IMG/VR virus record: IMGVR_UViG_3300045993_000562
Span: 1 to 64,000 of that record
From: a virus
Length of the DNA stretch: 64,000 nucleotides
Strand: one strand, 5' to 3'
Position 1 is the stretch's first letter, and every line of letters begins with the position of its first letter. Made by a program: the position numbers and the translations under genes. Positions 40,185 to 49,214 of this stretch are shown here, in pieces. The notes beneath the pieces are model-generated. The model ran no database searches. It saw nothing but the letters and a program-made list of their open reading frames with translations, and was not told the DNA's origin.

Positions 40185-41876
40185 TTACGCTTGTATTCCA
40201 TCGTACTCCTCCATCAATCGTCCACGGATTTGAGCCAACGTCTGTTCTTTAACCAGTACGCCGTCCTTGAAGACTACCTCCAAGCAACCTTGAGCTTCTT
40301 GCTCCCAAGTCTGTTGGTCGTACAGAACGTACTTACCGTCCTCACGTTCAACACGGAGTAAACCCTTGGCGGATTTCTTCATGCCGTCATCAGTCTTTGG
40401 ATCTTTGAACAACTCACGGAACTCACCATCAACAATAGCCGCTGTGGCTTTAACTGCCATTCCATAAGAGTCTCTCGTAACAAATTGGTACGAAAAGCTA
40501 CCGACGCCATACACGGAATTACCACTAGAGAAGCCTTTTCCAGCCAATATAGCACAAATTTCTTCTGCACGACTGACGGTTATAGAGTCACCGTAGATAA
40601 GTCCTACACGTTCATGTAGTTGCTTGAATCCCTTATCGGTAATAGTGCCCCCAAATATACCCCATAAACATTCGACTGCACCTACAGCTTCAGGTACAGA
40701 GATTTGACGACCGTACGTCATTACTAGGCTGTCGTCCTCATAGTCACCAAGGGCTGAGGCCGTATGGTATATACCTCTATTCTTCACGGCTTCATAGCAG
40801 TTCTCCCAGAACTTAACTACGTTGGAATATACTTCAAGACTACCATCTATTGAAGTATTCCACACTTTATGACCACATAGTATCTTTACAGGATCACCAC
40901 TATCTGGGCGGAATACTACCTTTGCCATACCAAGTGCATTCACTGGGCGGTTCAGAATCACTTCCTTAAGCTCATGGGCCGTGATGGTGATGACCTTCCA
41001 GAAGTCCCAAGTATCCGACACTACCGAGACAATACCTGATGGGGTAACTTCTGTAATCAGGCGACGAATGGTTTCTACTTCATTCTCGTTCCCACCAGCG
41101 CAGATTACACTATGCTCGCTGGCCGGAACACTACCTCCTACCATCTCTTTTTCCGCATCGGCACCATAGAAATTCTCGGCGTAGTCAATAGCCGCTATGG
41201 TATCTGTACCGAAGAAAGAAATTAGGTGACCTAATCCGGATTGAGAAGCATCATGTAAACCAGAAAGCCCACGCTCACTAAAGTCGTGAGCTTGCCACTT
41301 GACGAAGTCGGGATGAACACCGGTCAACTCTGCATACTTGCGCAGAATCTTGTAGTACTCAAATGCAGTAGTAGCACTAGTGATAGTCTTCCAAGTTTCG
41401 CAAGACAGGGACGTCTCTAGATAATTAGTCAACCAGAAGAAATCAGGATGCGTATTCTTGATAGTGTAGACAGGAACCCGCATAGGAACCAAACTACCTT
41501 CAGGCAATGCCTTTATCTCAATAGGCATATATCCTAGATCGTGTAGGGCTTCAAATCTGGCCATAGAGACCGAGTCGGGACCTAGTGCCGCATCCATACG
41601 ACGTTTGTACTTTGCGACTACCTCATCCTTTGGTTGACTGAAGAACTCTTGATTCCAGCAGTCTATGAGGAACCATTTGATAAAACCTTGTAGTCCTGCA
41701 AAGACCACCGTCTCTGGGCATCCGTCATCAGATCTAATGTGCTCCGAACGACTAGCCGAACGCGGTGTCATATTTGAGTAGATCATTTCAGTACCTTTGG
41801 GGTACATTTCCGCATGTGAGACTTTGTAGAAATCACATGCTGTCAGGGGGTTTATTGGGAAATACGATTTTGACAT
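40185..41876 (-). CDS. Nicotinamide phosphoribosyltransferase-like (NARP1 Namat candidate)
   Basis: DFYKVSH, HDFSERG, ASEHSV, SVVSDTWD, RPDSGDP and KKSAKG motifs. Confidence 0.9.
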   Translation of the reverse strand: MSKSYFPINPLTACDFYKVSHAEMYPKGTEMIYSNMTPRSASRSEHIRSDDGCPETVVFAGLQGFIKWFLIDCWNQEFFSQPKDEVVAKYKRRMDAALGPDSVSMARFEALHDLGYMPIEIKALPEGSLVPMRVPVYTIKNTHPDFFWLTNYLETSLSCETWKTITSATTAFEYYKILRKYAELTGVHPDFVKWQAHDFSERGLSGLHDASQSGLGHLISFFGTDTIAAIDYAENFYGADAEKEMVGGSVPASEHSVICAGGNENEVETIRRLITEVTPSGIVSVVSDTWDFWKVITITAHELKEVILNRPVNALGMAKVVFRPDSGDPVKILCGHKVWNTSIDGSLEVYSNVVKFWENCYEAVKNRGIYHTASALGDYEDDSLVMTYGRQISVPEAVGAVECLWGIFGGTITDKGFKQLHERVGLIYGDSITVSRAEEICAILAGKGFSSGNSVYGVGSFSYQFVTRDSYGMAVKATAAIVDGEFRELFKDPKTDDGMKKSAKGLLRVEREDGKYVLYDQQTWEQEAQGCLEVVFKDGVLVKEQTLAQIRGRLMEEYDGIQA

Positions 41877-41884
41877 TTATACTC

Positions 41885-42721
41885 CTAAATCTCTATATGT
41901 TTAACAATTTTTGAATCCAACTTAGCCTCATCGAAGCAATGATGATAGTACAACTCATCTATTATTCCGTCAAGAACAGAAGTTCCGTACCCAGCAATGA
42001 GATGAGTTACATATAACATAACTTTACCATTAGTTAAGGGTTTTAATTTTTTCCCTAATTCGACGTAGGTTTTCAATCCGTCCCCCACGTCATCTACAAT
42101 GAAGAAGTCCTTATCCCCAATGTGTTCCGAGTATACGACGGTATCGGTTATTTTACCAGTAGCAACGTCCCGCACCTTATCAGCACGAACCACCTCTTTG
42201 ACGTTCATGGCTTTAGCCACTTCCAGCACCTTTTTATTGGCACCAGCATCAGGAGAGACTAGAACTAAGTTATTCCTGGCGTCAAGGGACATACGTGTAG
42301 TTGCATGAAACCCCAATATCAAAGAGGCCTTTTGTACGGTGCAATTGTCAAGCAACGCTGGAGTAACATCACTATGAGGGTCTGTTATCCAAACACCGTG
42401 TAACTTCATAGAGTTAATTAAGTCACAGAATACCTTTATGGAAAAGGACTCTCCTTCCGAACAGACCCTATCCTGCCTCCCGTATGGGACATACGGCAGC
42501 TCTAAGCATATTGGCCCAGACCCCATACGGCGCAAAGCATCTACTACCATTAGAAGTCTCATTACTCCGGCTGAGTCGTATAGGTACGCAATGATATGTA
42601 TGCTATAGCTAATAATTACTTGCTTGTTATCATCAATACGTACGTACTCTTCTCCCCCAGGAAACTTAGAGTATTTCATGGCTATAGGTCTACCACCAAC
42701 TAATACTTCTATCTTCGACAT
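41885..42721 (-). CDS. Ribose-phosphate pyrophosphokinase-like (NARP1 Adps candidate)
   Basis: FPGGE, PYVPYGRQDR, DPHS, VSPDAGA and IVDDV motifs. Confidence 0.88.
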   Translation of the reverse strand: MSKIEVLVGGRPIAMKYSKFPGGEEYVRIDDNKQVIISYSIHIIAYLYDSAGVMRLLMVVDALRRMGSGPICLELPYVPYGRQDRVCSEGESFSIKVFCDLINSMKLHGVWITDPHSDVTPALLDNCTVQKASLILGFHATTRMSLDARNNLVLVSPDAGANKKVLEVAKAMNVKEVVRADKVRDVATGKITDTVVYSEHIGDKDFFIVDDVGDGLKTYVELGKKLKPLTNGKVMLYVTHLIAGYGTSVLDGIIDELYYHHCFDEAKLDSKIVKHIEI

Positions 42722-43097
42722 ACCTTCTCCTCAAAATAACGACACAGCACTTTCGACTTGAGGGGCATCTTTGGGATGCATCTCTCCGGGGCTACGAGTG
42801 ACGTAGTAAGACTCATCAGGCACAGCAGTAACCTGAACACTATCCATAGTACAACAAAATGGATCGGTAGGGTTAGCGTACTTGATTATCGTACAAGCAG
42901 TCTTGTCACCGGCTTTGAATCGCTCAACCTTAGATAATAACGCTCTAAGGTTTCTTTCAGACAGATAAATGTGTTCCATCTCTATTCTCCCATATCATCA
43001 ATGTGACGTTCACCCTTAAGACCGGGGAACCTTGGCAAACCGCCCGGTTTAACTGGGCTCCTAAACTTGTAGGTGTAAATCTTACTTTTGAAGTTTT

Positions 43098-43565
43098 CTA
43101 TAAAGCCTCTAGATATATAACTCTCAACCACTCAGCGAATTGATGTTCCCTAAGATTCACGTACTGCTTCCTGACTTCATTTAATGTTTGGACGTCAGCA
43201 CTTAGTTTGTATGAGTTCACTTTTACTCGAAGCTCGTTACGCTCCTGTACTAACTGATGAACAGCTTCATGTAGCTCGTAATCTGCGTCACTATTAGCCA
43301 AGTCAGGCATGTGCTCCCAACAACGCTTAGCATCCGAGGCGTACAGGTCTCGTTCTGTTTCAGCCAGATGGAGCCTCTTCTCTAACTCCGTATCTGCACC
43401 CATTAACTCCTGTGGCATCTTACTCTCGATAAACCCTCTGGCGTCCTTATTTGCAAAAGGATTGTGCTCGATAGGGTACGTTCCAAGTTCATCATCGGCT
43501 TTCGGGAAGTGGATGATCCTACAGTTGTTCCAGAGCCATTCAAGTTGTTTGTTAGTTGTAGTCAT
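43098..43565 (-). CDS. Hypothetical protein
   Basis: ORF in the gene run. Confidence 0.5.
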   Translation of the reverse strand: MTTTNKQLEWLWNNCRIIHFPKADDELGTYPIEHNPFANKDARGFIESKMPQELMGADTELEKRLHLAETERDLYASDAKRCWEHMPDLANSDADYELHEAVHQLVQERNELRVKVNSYKLSADVQTLNEVRKQYVNLREHQFAEWLRVIYLEAL

Positions 43566-44365
43566 TATGTAGCATCTTTATGAGGTAACTTTCTAAAGCT
43601 CCATTTATTGAAGCCGTGTTGTTGAATACGATCTTTCTCTGTCAGCTCTGTAACTTCCTTCTCAGGACTACCCAGCACACCCCCGATGAACATAGAGATT
43701 TCCTGGAACGCAGTGTAAGGATCTACCATGCGTTGAAACTGTAAGTCTTTAAGATTAACGTTAGTCTCAATGATGTTGGTGACATGGATGATAGGAGACG
43801 CTACCGCACGGTGTAAATCAAGAATAACGTTCTTGCTCCACCTATCACCCAACGGAAGTACTCTCTTAGAGTGATCGAAGTCTTTAACCATTCTACGTAT
43901 GCGTTCAAGTTCGTAACCACGTTCAAGTTCTTTATCCACGACAAACTTGTATGCAGTTAAAATCGCTGAATTAGCAGAGGCGTTTTCATAGAAGGTTTCC
44001 CATTTCTGTCCCAAGAAGTCGTTAGTTTCCAATGGCACTCTTACTTTGCAGTATGGATATACTTTACCGCAGAACAGAATTACTCCACGAGTCAGTATAG
44101 CGGTATTGACGTTGAAAGAGTTAAACCTGGGAAACTTTAGTCCCCCTACATCCAACTCAAACTCAGTACCGTTTGGGAGTACCACTGACGGCTTATAAGG
44201 TTCAGTCTTAACCTCTACGAACTTAGTAGGAAGGTCTTCACTACGTAAGGTAGGTAGGACCTTTTGATGAAACGTCCTAATCAACCTCTTGTACACGATA
44301 GTCTTGTCAATACCAGCGTGTACTACACCGTCGTAATAGTCATGATGTTTGCTCAATATAAGCAT
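43565..44365 (-). CDS. Conserved phage hypothetical protein
   Basis: M.I.SK.HDYYD start and DPYTAFQEI...HGF..SFRK end. Confidence 0.65.
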   Translation of the reverse strand: MLILSKHHDYYDGVVHAGIDKTIVYKRLIRTFHQKVLPTLRSEDLPTKFVEVKTEPYKPSVVLPNGTEFELDVGGLKFPRFNSFNVNTAILTRGVILFCGKVYPYCKVRVPLETNDFLGQKWETFYENASANSAILTAYKFVVDKELERGYELERIRRMVKDFDHSKRVLPLGDRWSKNVILDLHRAVASPIIHVTNIIETNVNLKDLQFQRMVDPYTAFQEISMFIGGVLGSPEKEVTELTEKDRIQQHGFNKWSFRKLPHKDAT

Positions 44366-44666
44366 TTGGATCCTCCAAGTATTGTTTAGCCAGGTCAAGC
44401 TCAGCTTGTAGTAGATTTTTACCAAAAACGGTGGTCTCGGGAAGAGCCTTCCCAGTCATATTAACAAAAGACCATATCTGATCCCCACTGATCCTGAAAT
44501 AACCTACCCTACCGTGTCCAGGTATAGTTAAGTAAGCGTCCTTGTCTACCCATAAAATAACGGTCCCATCCTGAGCTGATATACAGGTACCATCAGTCTC
44601 GGTATCTATAGTGTGGGAGTATATTGTGTCGTTTACACGAAACATCTTTAGAATAGTTATTGCCAT
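44340..44666 (-). CDS. Hypothetical protein
   Basis: AGGAG RBS after a phage promoter motif. Confidence 0.55.
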   Translation of the reverse strand: MAITILKMFRVNDTIYSHTIDTETDGTCISAQDGTVILWVDKDAYLTIPGHGRVGYFRISGDQIWSFVNMTGKALPETTVFGKNLLQAELDLAKQYLEDPNAYIEQTS

Positions 44667-44884
44667 TTGAATCTCCTTTAATTGTCTACATAATCTTATA
44701 CCACCAAAGTTGGACTTTATTTAGCTAAAAAAACCAACTTGAAAAACCTATTTAAAGCATCCTAAGTGCAGAGTCTATGTCCAGGAAAGGAGGGCAACTA
44801 GACACAGACAACTCAGGACGCTTTAAATAGTACCCTTATTCTAAATCGCTATAGTAACGAGGGTACTACGTACATTTGTACAAC

Positions 44885-45054
44885 ATACAAACTTACTCAA
44901 CCGGGTTCAGGTTTAATTATAATGATGTTAAATCCACGCTCTACCGCTGAGCTACCCCAGTATTAACCGCCCTATTCTAAGGTAGTTAGCACTGGGAACG
45001 GGATTTGAACCCGCGCCTTGGATTAATAGTTGTATAGCCGAAGAGTGTTTGTAC
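44885..45054 (-). ncRNA. Circularly permuted tRNA-like RNA, unit 2 (YrlA-like topology)
   Basis: AATCCA stem > T-arm GCGGG-TTCAAAT-CCCGT > loop-closed acceptor helix > D-arm GCTC-AGCGGTA-GAGC > TGGATT; outer TACAAAC/GTTTGTA stem. Confidence 0.8.
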
Positions 45055-45069
45055 GTTTTTTACATTTAC

Positions 45070-45265
45070 GATGTGTGGTAATACGATGATTATGACTATA
45101 AGTGCATACAATAATACCCGACGTCTGAATGCGTCTACCAATTCCGCCAACCCCAAGCTAACTACATTACTATGCAGTTAATTTGGAGTCCTGGAATCGA
45201 ACCAGGAAAACTTCAGACGGAGTACATCCTATGCGTCATGATAACGATAACGATGACCACAAATC
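45070..45265 (-). ncRNA. Circularly permuted tRNA-like RNA, unit 1 (YrlA-like topology)
   Basis: CGTCTGAA > T-arm CCTGG-TTCGATT-CCAGG > loop-closed acceptor helix > D-arm GCGGAATTGGTAGACGC > TTCAGACG; outer GATTTGTGGT/ACCACACATC stem. Confidence 0.8.
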
Positions 45266-45366
45266 TTCAATGCTGTACTACGAATTTAATGCCTAACTTG
45301 CCAGAATTCTCTTGGTACTCAAGGCACTGGACATGACCAACAAGTCAGGACTTTACCCTACCAGCC

Positions 45367-46158
45367 TTACCGAACGCCCACGTTAGTGGACTGCTCGTTC
45401 AGGGGAGCTAGAATACGCGAAATCAGCGTATCACCAATGGAGTCTTCTACAGCAACAGAAGTGTTAGCACGCATGCGGGCCTTTTTCACTTCACCGATCA
45501 GCTCGTCCACATTACGCAGAACTTGAGCCTTCTGTAGAGAGGTAGCTGCACCGCTATACGAGATAGTGGTATTTGTACCTACAACTACGTCCTGATTGAT
45601 CTCTTTGATCTGAGCAGGATGTTTGTCGGTTGCTTCGTAGAGTACTACTGGTGTCGTCTTCTTCTCTGTCTTGGTAGTGACATCAGGATTACGGGCCTTC
45701 CAGGCTGTACGGCCGGTGGAGGTATCCGCGTCCCACACTTTGGATGCGTCAAGTGTAGGCATCTGTGTCAACATACCGCGTAGATTAGTCAGACGAACTT
45801 CTAACCCCAGCAACTCATCAACAGGTACTTCACGGGCAATTACTGCGCCACCGAAGTACAAGTCAGAAGCTGCTGACTGGTTTGTTTTGTTCTTGCGGAA
45901 GATGATGTCTTCAGCTTTTGCCCAATGTTCAGCGTAGTATTCCAAAGTCTCTACTACTGTAGTTGGCAAAGCTTTGAACTCAGTGTTGGATACTTCCAAC
46001 GCCTGGTTCTCAGGGCTATCCGCAATCATCTTCAAGGTCTTGTTGTGGCCTTTGAAGAATTGTTCTTTCTGGAACTTACCAGCAGTATCTGCGGTAAGAA
46101 CAGACAATTGAGTTAGTAGACCCTTCTCAACTGCCAATAATTCGTGTAGCTGTGCCAT
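45367..46158 (-). CDS. Conserved uncharacterised coiled-coil protein upstream of the tRNA-like RNAs
   Basis: MAQLHELLAVEKG...P.LD...EATDKHPAQ...SGA...KKARMRAN; resembles (from memory) the DUF7873-type family. Confidence 0.7.
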   Translation of the reverse strand: MAQLHELLAVEKGLLTQLSVLTADTAGKFQKEQFFKGHNKTLKMIADSPENQALEVSNTEFKALPTTVVETLEYYAEHWAKAEDIIFRKNKTNQSAASDLYFGGAVIAREVPVDELLGLEVRLTNLRGMLTQMPTLDASKVWDADTSTGRTAWKARNPDVTTKTEKKTTPVVLYEATDKHPAQIKEINQDVVVGTNTTISYSGAATSLQKAQVLRNVDELIGEVKKARMRANTSVAVEDSIGDTLISRILAPLNEQSTNVGVR

Positions 46159-46159
46159 G

Positions 46160-46477
46160 TTAAGCTCCTTGTAGGTTATTCAAACGACGTGCGATCTCTT
46201 GTTTACCCTGATGTGGGGAGTACTTGCTAGATCCCTTCAGGAACTTCTGAATACGATTAGCCATGTTAGCTATCGCCAAGTTCAGGTCCCAGATTGGACG
46301 AACAATACCATACTTCTCTTTCAGTGTGTTATTAACACCCTGTTCGTGACGATGGTACCCTGTCAGCTTTTCCTCTTGAGCTGCAACGTCTGTGAATTGG
46401 TAGTCTGCATCACGACCAGACTGAGCTCGTTGTTCACGACGAGTAGCTTTTTGTTTCAATGTGTTACGTGCACTCAT
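46160..46477 (-). CDS. Small basic hypothetical protein
   Basis: AAGGAG RBS; abuts the coiled-coil gene. Confidence 0.6.
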   Translation of the reverse strand: MSARNTLKQKATRREQRAQSGRDADYQFTDVAAQEEKLTGYHRHEQGVNNTLKEKYGIVRPIWDLNLAIANMANRIQKFLKGSSKYSPHQGKQEIARRLNNLQGA

Positions 46478-46544
46478 TTTCCGCTCCTTAAAATAACGAT
46501 GAAAGAAAGGCCGGGATCTGCACCCGGCCCTCCAGTTTGATCAC

Positions 46545-46964
46545 TTAGGCTACTGTAGGAGTCCAATCCTTAGGAACGGACTTCAGTTCAGCCCTGGTAC
46601 CGGCTGGGATGCCCAGACCGATAGCAGATGCCAGAGGCAAGAAGTTGTTAGATGAAGCGCCGTATTGACGTGCACGTGCAACGCCTGCACATACTTTGTC
46701 GATGCCAGAGATCTGTTCCAACAGAGCTTGTTTTGCTTGAGCTTGTGTTGCGATGAAGCCGTCAGCGTTTTGGCTGAGGTTCAAGATTTCGTTTGCTGCT
46801 GCTTTCACAACTGCTGCTTTACGTTCTTGAGCTTCAGAACGCAATGCTGCTGCCAAGTCAGCGTTAACGCCCATGCCACCGAAGTCGGTAACTGCTTGTT
46901 CTACGTTAGCGTCAGCCAAACGAGCGATAGTTGCGATGTTTACTAATGTGCCTACATTTGCCAT
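46545..46964 (-). CDS. Ala-rich hypothetical protein
   Basis: Strongly biased codon use; followed by a terminator hairpin. Confidence 0.6.
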   Translation of the reverse strand: MANVGTLVNIATIARLADANVEQAVTDFGGMGVNADLAAALRSEAQERKAAVVKAAANEILNLSQNADGFIATQAQAKQALLEQISGIDKVCAGVARARQYGASSNNFLPLASAIGLGIPAGTRAELKSVPKDWTPTVA

Positions 46965-47904
46965 TTTGTTTATTCCTAGGAAAAAATGAAAGAAGATGTA
47001 CCTCAACCTAAAGAAGAAGTACCTTTTACAGCCTCTGTACAGAGGTATGAGAGTGTTTATGTCCCATACTGTGTTATACCACCATACATAGGAATATTGA
47101 ATTAAGAAACGAGTTGTTCTGAAGCGATTTTGATTAGTTGAGGTATGGACGCTATTGAATCTATGACCTCCAGTACGGCTCCGTCTGTCATATACACTAC
47201 AGTTCCTTTACCAGAGCCCTTAATAGGTGCCATAGCCCTCAATATATGATCAGTGTTAATCAGGAACGCTTCTCCTCCTACTAAATGCATAGTCACCAGC
47301 ATGTTACTCTCCTAATGCAAGCTCAGCCACTCTGGCGAAAGCTTTATCTACGTTATGTTTAACCTGCTCATCCGTAAGCTCACCGTTACCTCTACGGTGT
47401 GAATACGACCAATTACCTATGGCGTCCAGAATCTCCACAATCTTAGCTGGATGCAGACTCACCTCTCGGTAAAGCTGTATTCTGTGCATCAAACCCTCTA
47501 GCACAGAGTTATGGTATTTCAGTTCTTCTATGTCTAGTCCCATGTTTAACCCTTTTAACTAAAAGAAGATGTTAGTCAGCCACGATGTTCTGTGGCCGCC
47601 TCAGCCTGGCTTATGGATTTCCAGCGTCCGCCCAATAGTCGCAACACAACTGGATTCGTTAACAATAAGGTTCGTCGCCTTCCTCGTCAGGTTTCGTCGG
47701 CGTGAAGAATGACAATTTTACCAGAAAGACTAGAGCAGAGATGACCAGAACTGACACTACTACGGCTAGAACTATATGTCTAGTGCTGAGATCCCAAGTA
47801 GCCATCCATACAGCTACTATGAAAGCTACTAGTAGTCCTAGTAATACTCTGGCTCCTTCTTGGGTACTTTCATAAATCGGTTCCATATATTTCTCCTAAA
47901 TTTA

Positions 47905-48231
47905 GAGTGACGAAGGTGTGCTATTACGCCAAAAAGCTCTAAGGGTCTCTACCGGCATCCCCCACTATTACTCTGCTGCTACCCTATAGTGAAGTTAAGT
48001 ATTTATGCAAATGTTCCGCTCGGTTGCTAGATCCACCGACCAAACCGGTAAAACTGTATAGATGCTAACTTTGTCCGCTTGCGCTGGCGAGTTAGTACCA
48101 TATCCTTCCCCCGCAGTTATACGATGGTATATCAGCCGTGATATTATCCCCCGTCGAGGTATCTTACCCCATACGATCTGCTTGCTACTCATTAAAGATG
48201 GCTGCCTCTAAGCCAACTACCTACGCCACTC
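47905..48231 (-). ncRNA. RNA mimicking 23S rRNA helices 43-44 (L11/GTPase-associated centre)
   Basis: GTTGGCTTAGAGGCAGCCATCTTTAA...GCGTAATAGCACAC enclosed by the GAGTGGCGTAGGT/ACCTTCGTCACTC stem. Confidence 0.75.
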
Positions 48232-48279
48232 ACGTAAATACCTTGGAGTACTTACGTGAGTAGTGTGTTATTAAAAATC

Positions 48280-48580
48280 AAATGGGCCGGGATCATTATC
48301 ACCCAGCCCACTCTATTCTAGCTCTGGTTAGAAACCGCTAGACAGGTTCCGCTTAGGCTTGTGCAGCCCATGCTCCTTGCGAGTCGTTTGCAGGTATTTT
48401 ACTTTTGCCATTTACGTCGGTCAACTGACGATTCCATCGAATGTTAGTAATACTAGATCGAGTCTGTATCTGGCCCATTAAGAAGACCCCTTGGTAAGAG
48501 TCTTTTTGGTGGACCGGCCGGGGTACTGCCCCCCGGGTCTCCAATATCTTTCGCATTCAATGCTTTACAGGTTACCCTGT
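48280..48580 (-). ncRNA. ssrA: Permuted (two-piece) tmRNA, tag ANDSQGAWAAQA (outer ends approximate)
   Basis: Acceptor 3' piece ...CCGGGGGGCAGTACCCCGGCCGGTCCACCA (CCA at 48507-48509) precedes 5' GGGCCAG (48476); G3-U70 pair; tag ORF 48353-48391. Confidence 0.85.
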
Positions 48581-48698
48581 GAATTCTTCTTAAATAGAGG
48601 GCCTATTCTACCTCTACGTAGTTGTAAGTCCAGCTTGTATTTTAACACAAGGGCGGAATCGAATCTATGTGTATAAGACTTATTTTGTAACACTGAGT

Positions 48699-49181
48699 TT
48701 AATCCACAATCTTAACCGGCTTGCAAACCCCGTCTAGATAGTCACGTATGTGGTCTCTTACATCAGTCTCGGGTAACAGACGCATCATGGCTTTAAATCC
48801 TCGAATAATTCCCGGTATGAGGTATATCACAACGATAAACGCAATTCCAAGAAGACCGCCACCTATGTATATCGATGCCCCAAATAATAGGAGCACACGG
48901 ATAAATGGGGACATAGTCCTAATGAATTCTGTTGCTTCATTAGGCATACCTAAACTGATTAATCCTAGTATGGAGAAAAGCAGGACTCCTATGGAGAAAA
49001 GCAGAATAATAACTGCTTTAGCCAAAGCCATTAGGATACTGCTAATAACTTCGCAGGAGCTTTTAGTATCCTGTACATACTCACCAGAGTTATCCCAATG
49101 GAAGGTTGACTCTCTAAACCCACCAAACACTGCCAATTTAAACCAGAAGCTGCTGCGTGAAATAATCATTTTATCAAACAT
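48699..49181 (-). CDS. Membrane protein
   Basis: 2 long hydrophobic segments. Confidence 0.6.
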   Translation of the reverse strand: MFDKMIISRSSFWFKLAVFGGFRESTFHWDNSGEYVQDTKSSCEVISSILMALAKAVIILLFSIGVLLFSILGLISLGMPNEATEFIRTMSPFIRVLLLFGASIYIGGGLLGIAFIVVIYLIPGIIRGFKAMMRLLPETDVRDHIRDYLDGVCKPVKIVD

Positions 49182-49214
49182 TCTTCTCTCCTGAAATTAA
49201 GGGTTAAATTAATT

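Noticed and set aside
44931-45219. Ordinary or spliced permuted tRNA genes
   Set aside because: No anticodon loop, no CCA and no evident splice motif; the acceptor ends are closed by hairpins
47905-48231. True rRNA gene or host contamination
   Set aside because: Only the H43-H44 motifs match; they are interrupted by an unrelated insert and closed by their own stem
48353-48556. 67-aa ORF ending ANDSQGAWAAQA
   Set aside because: It runs through the tmRNA acceptor structure; only the tag is a reading frame
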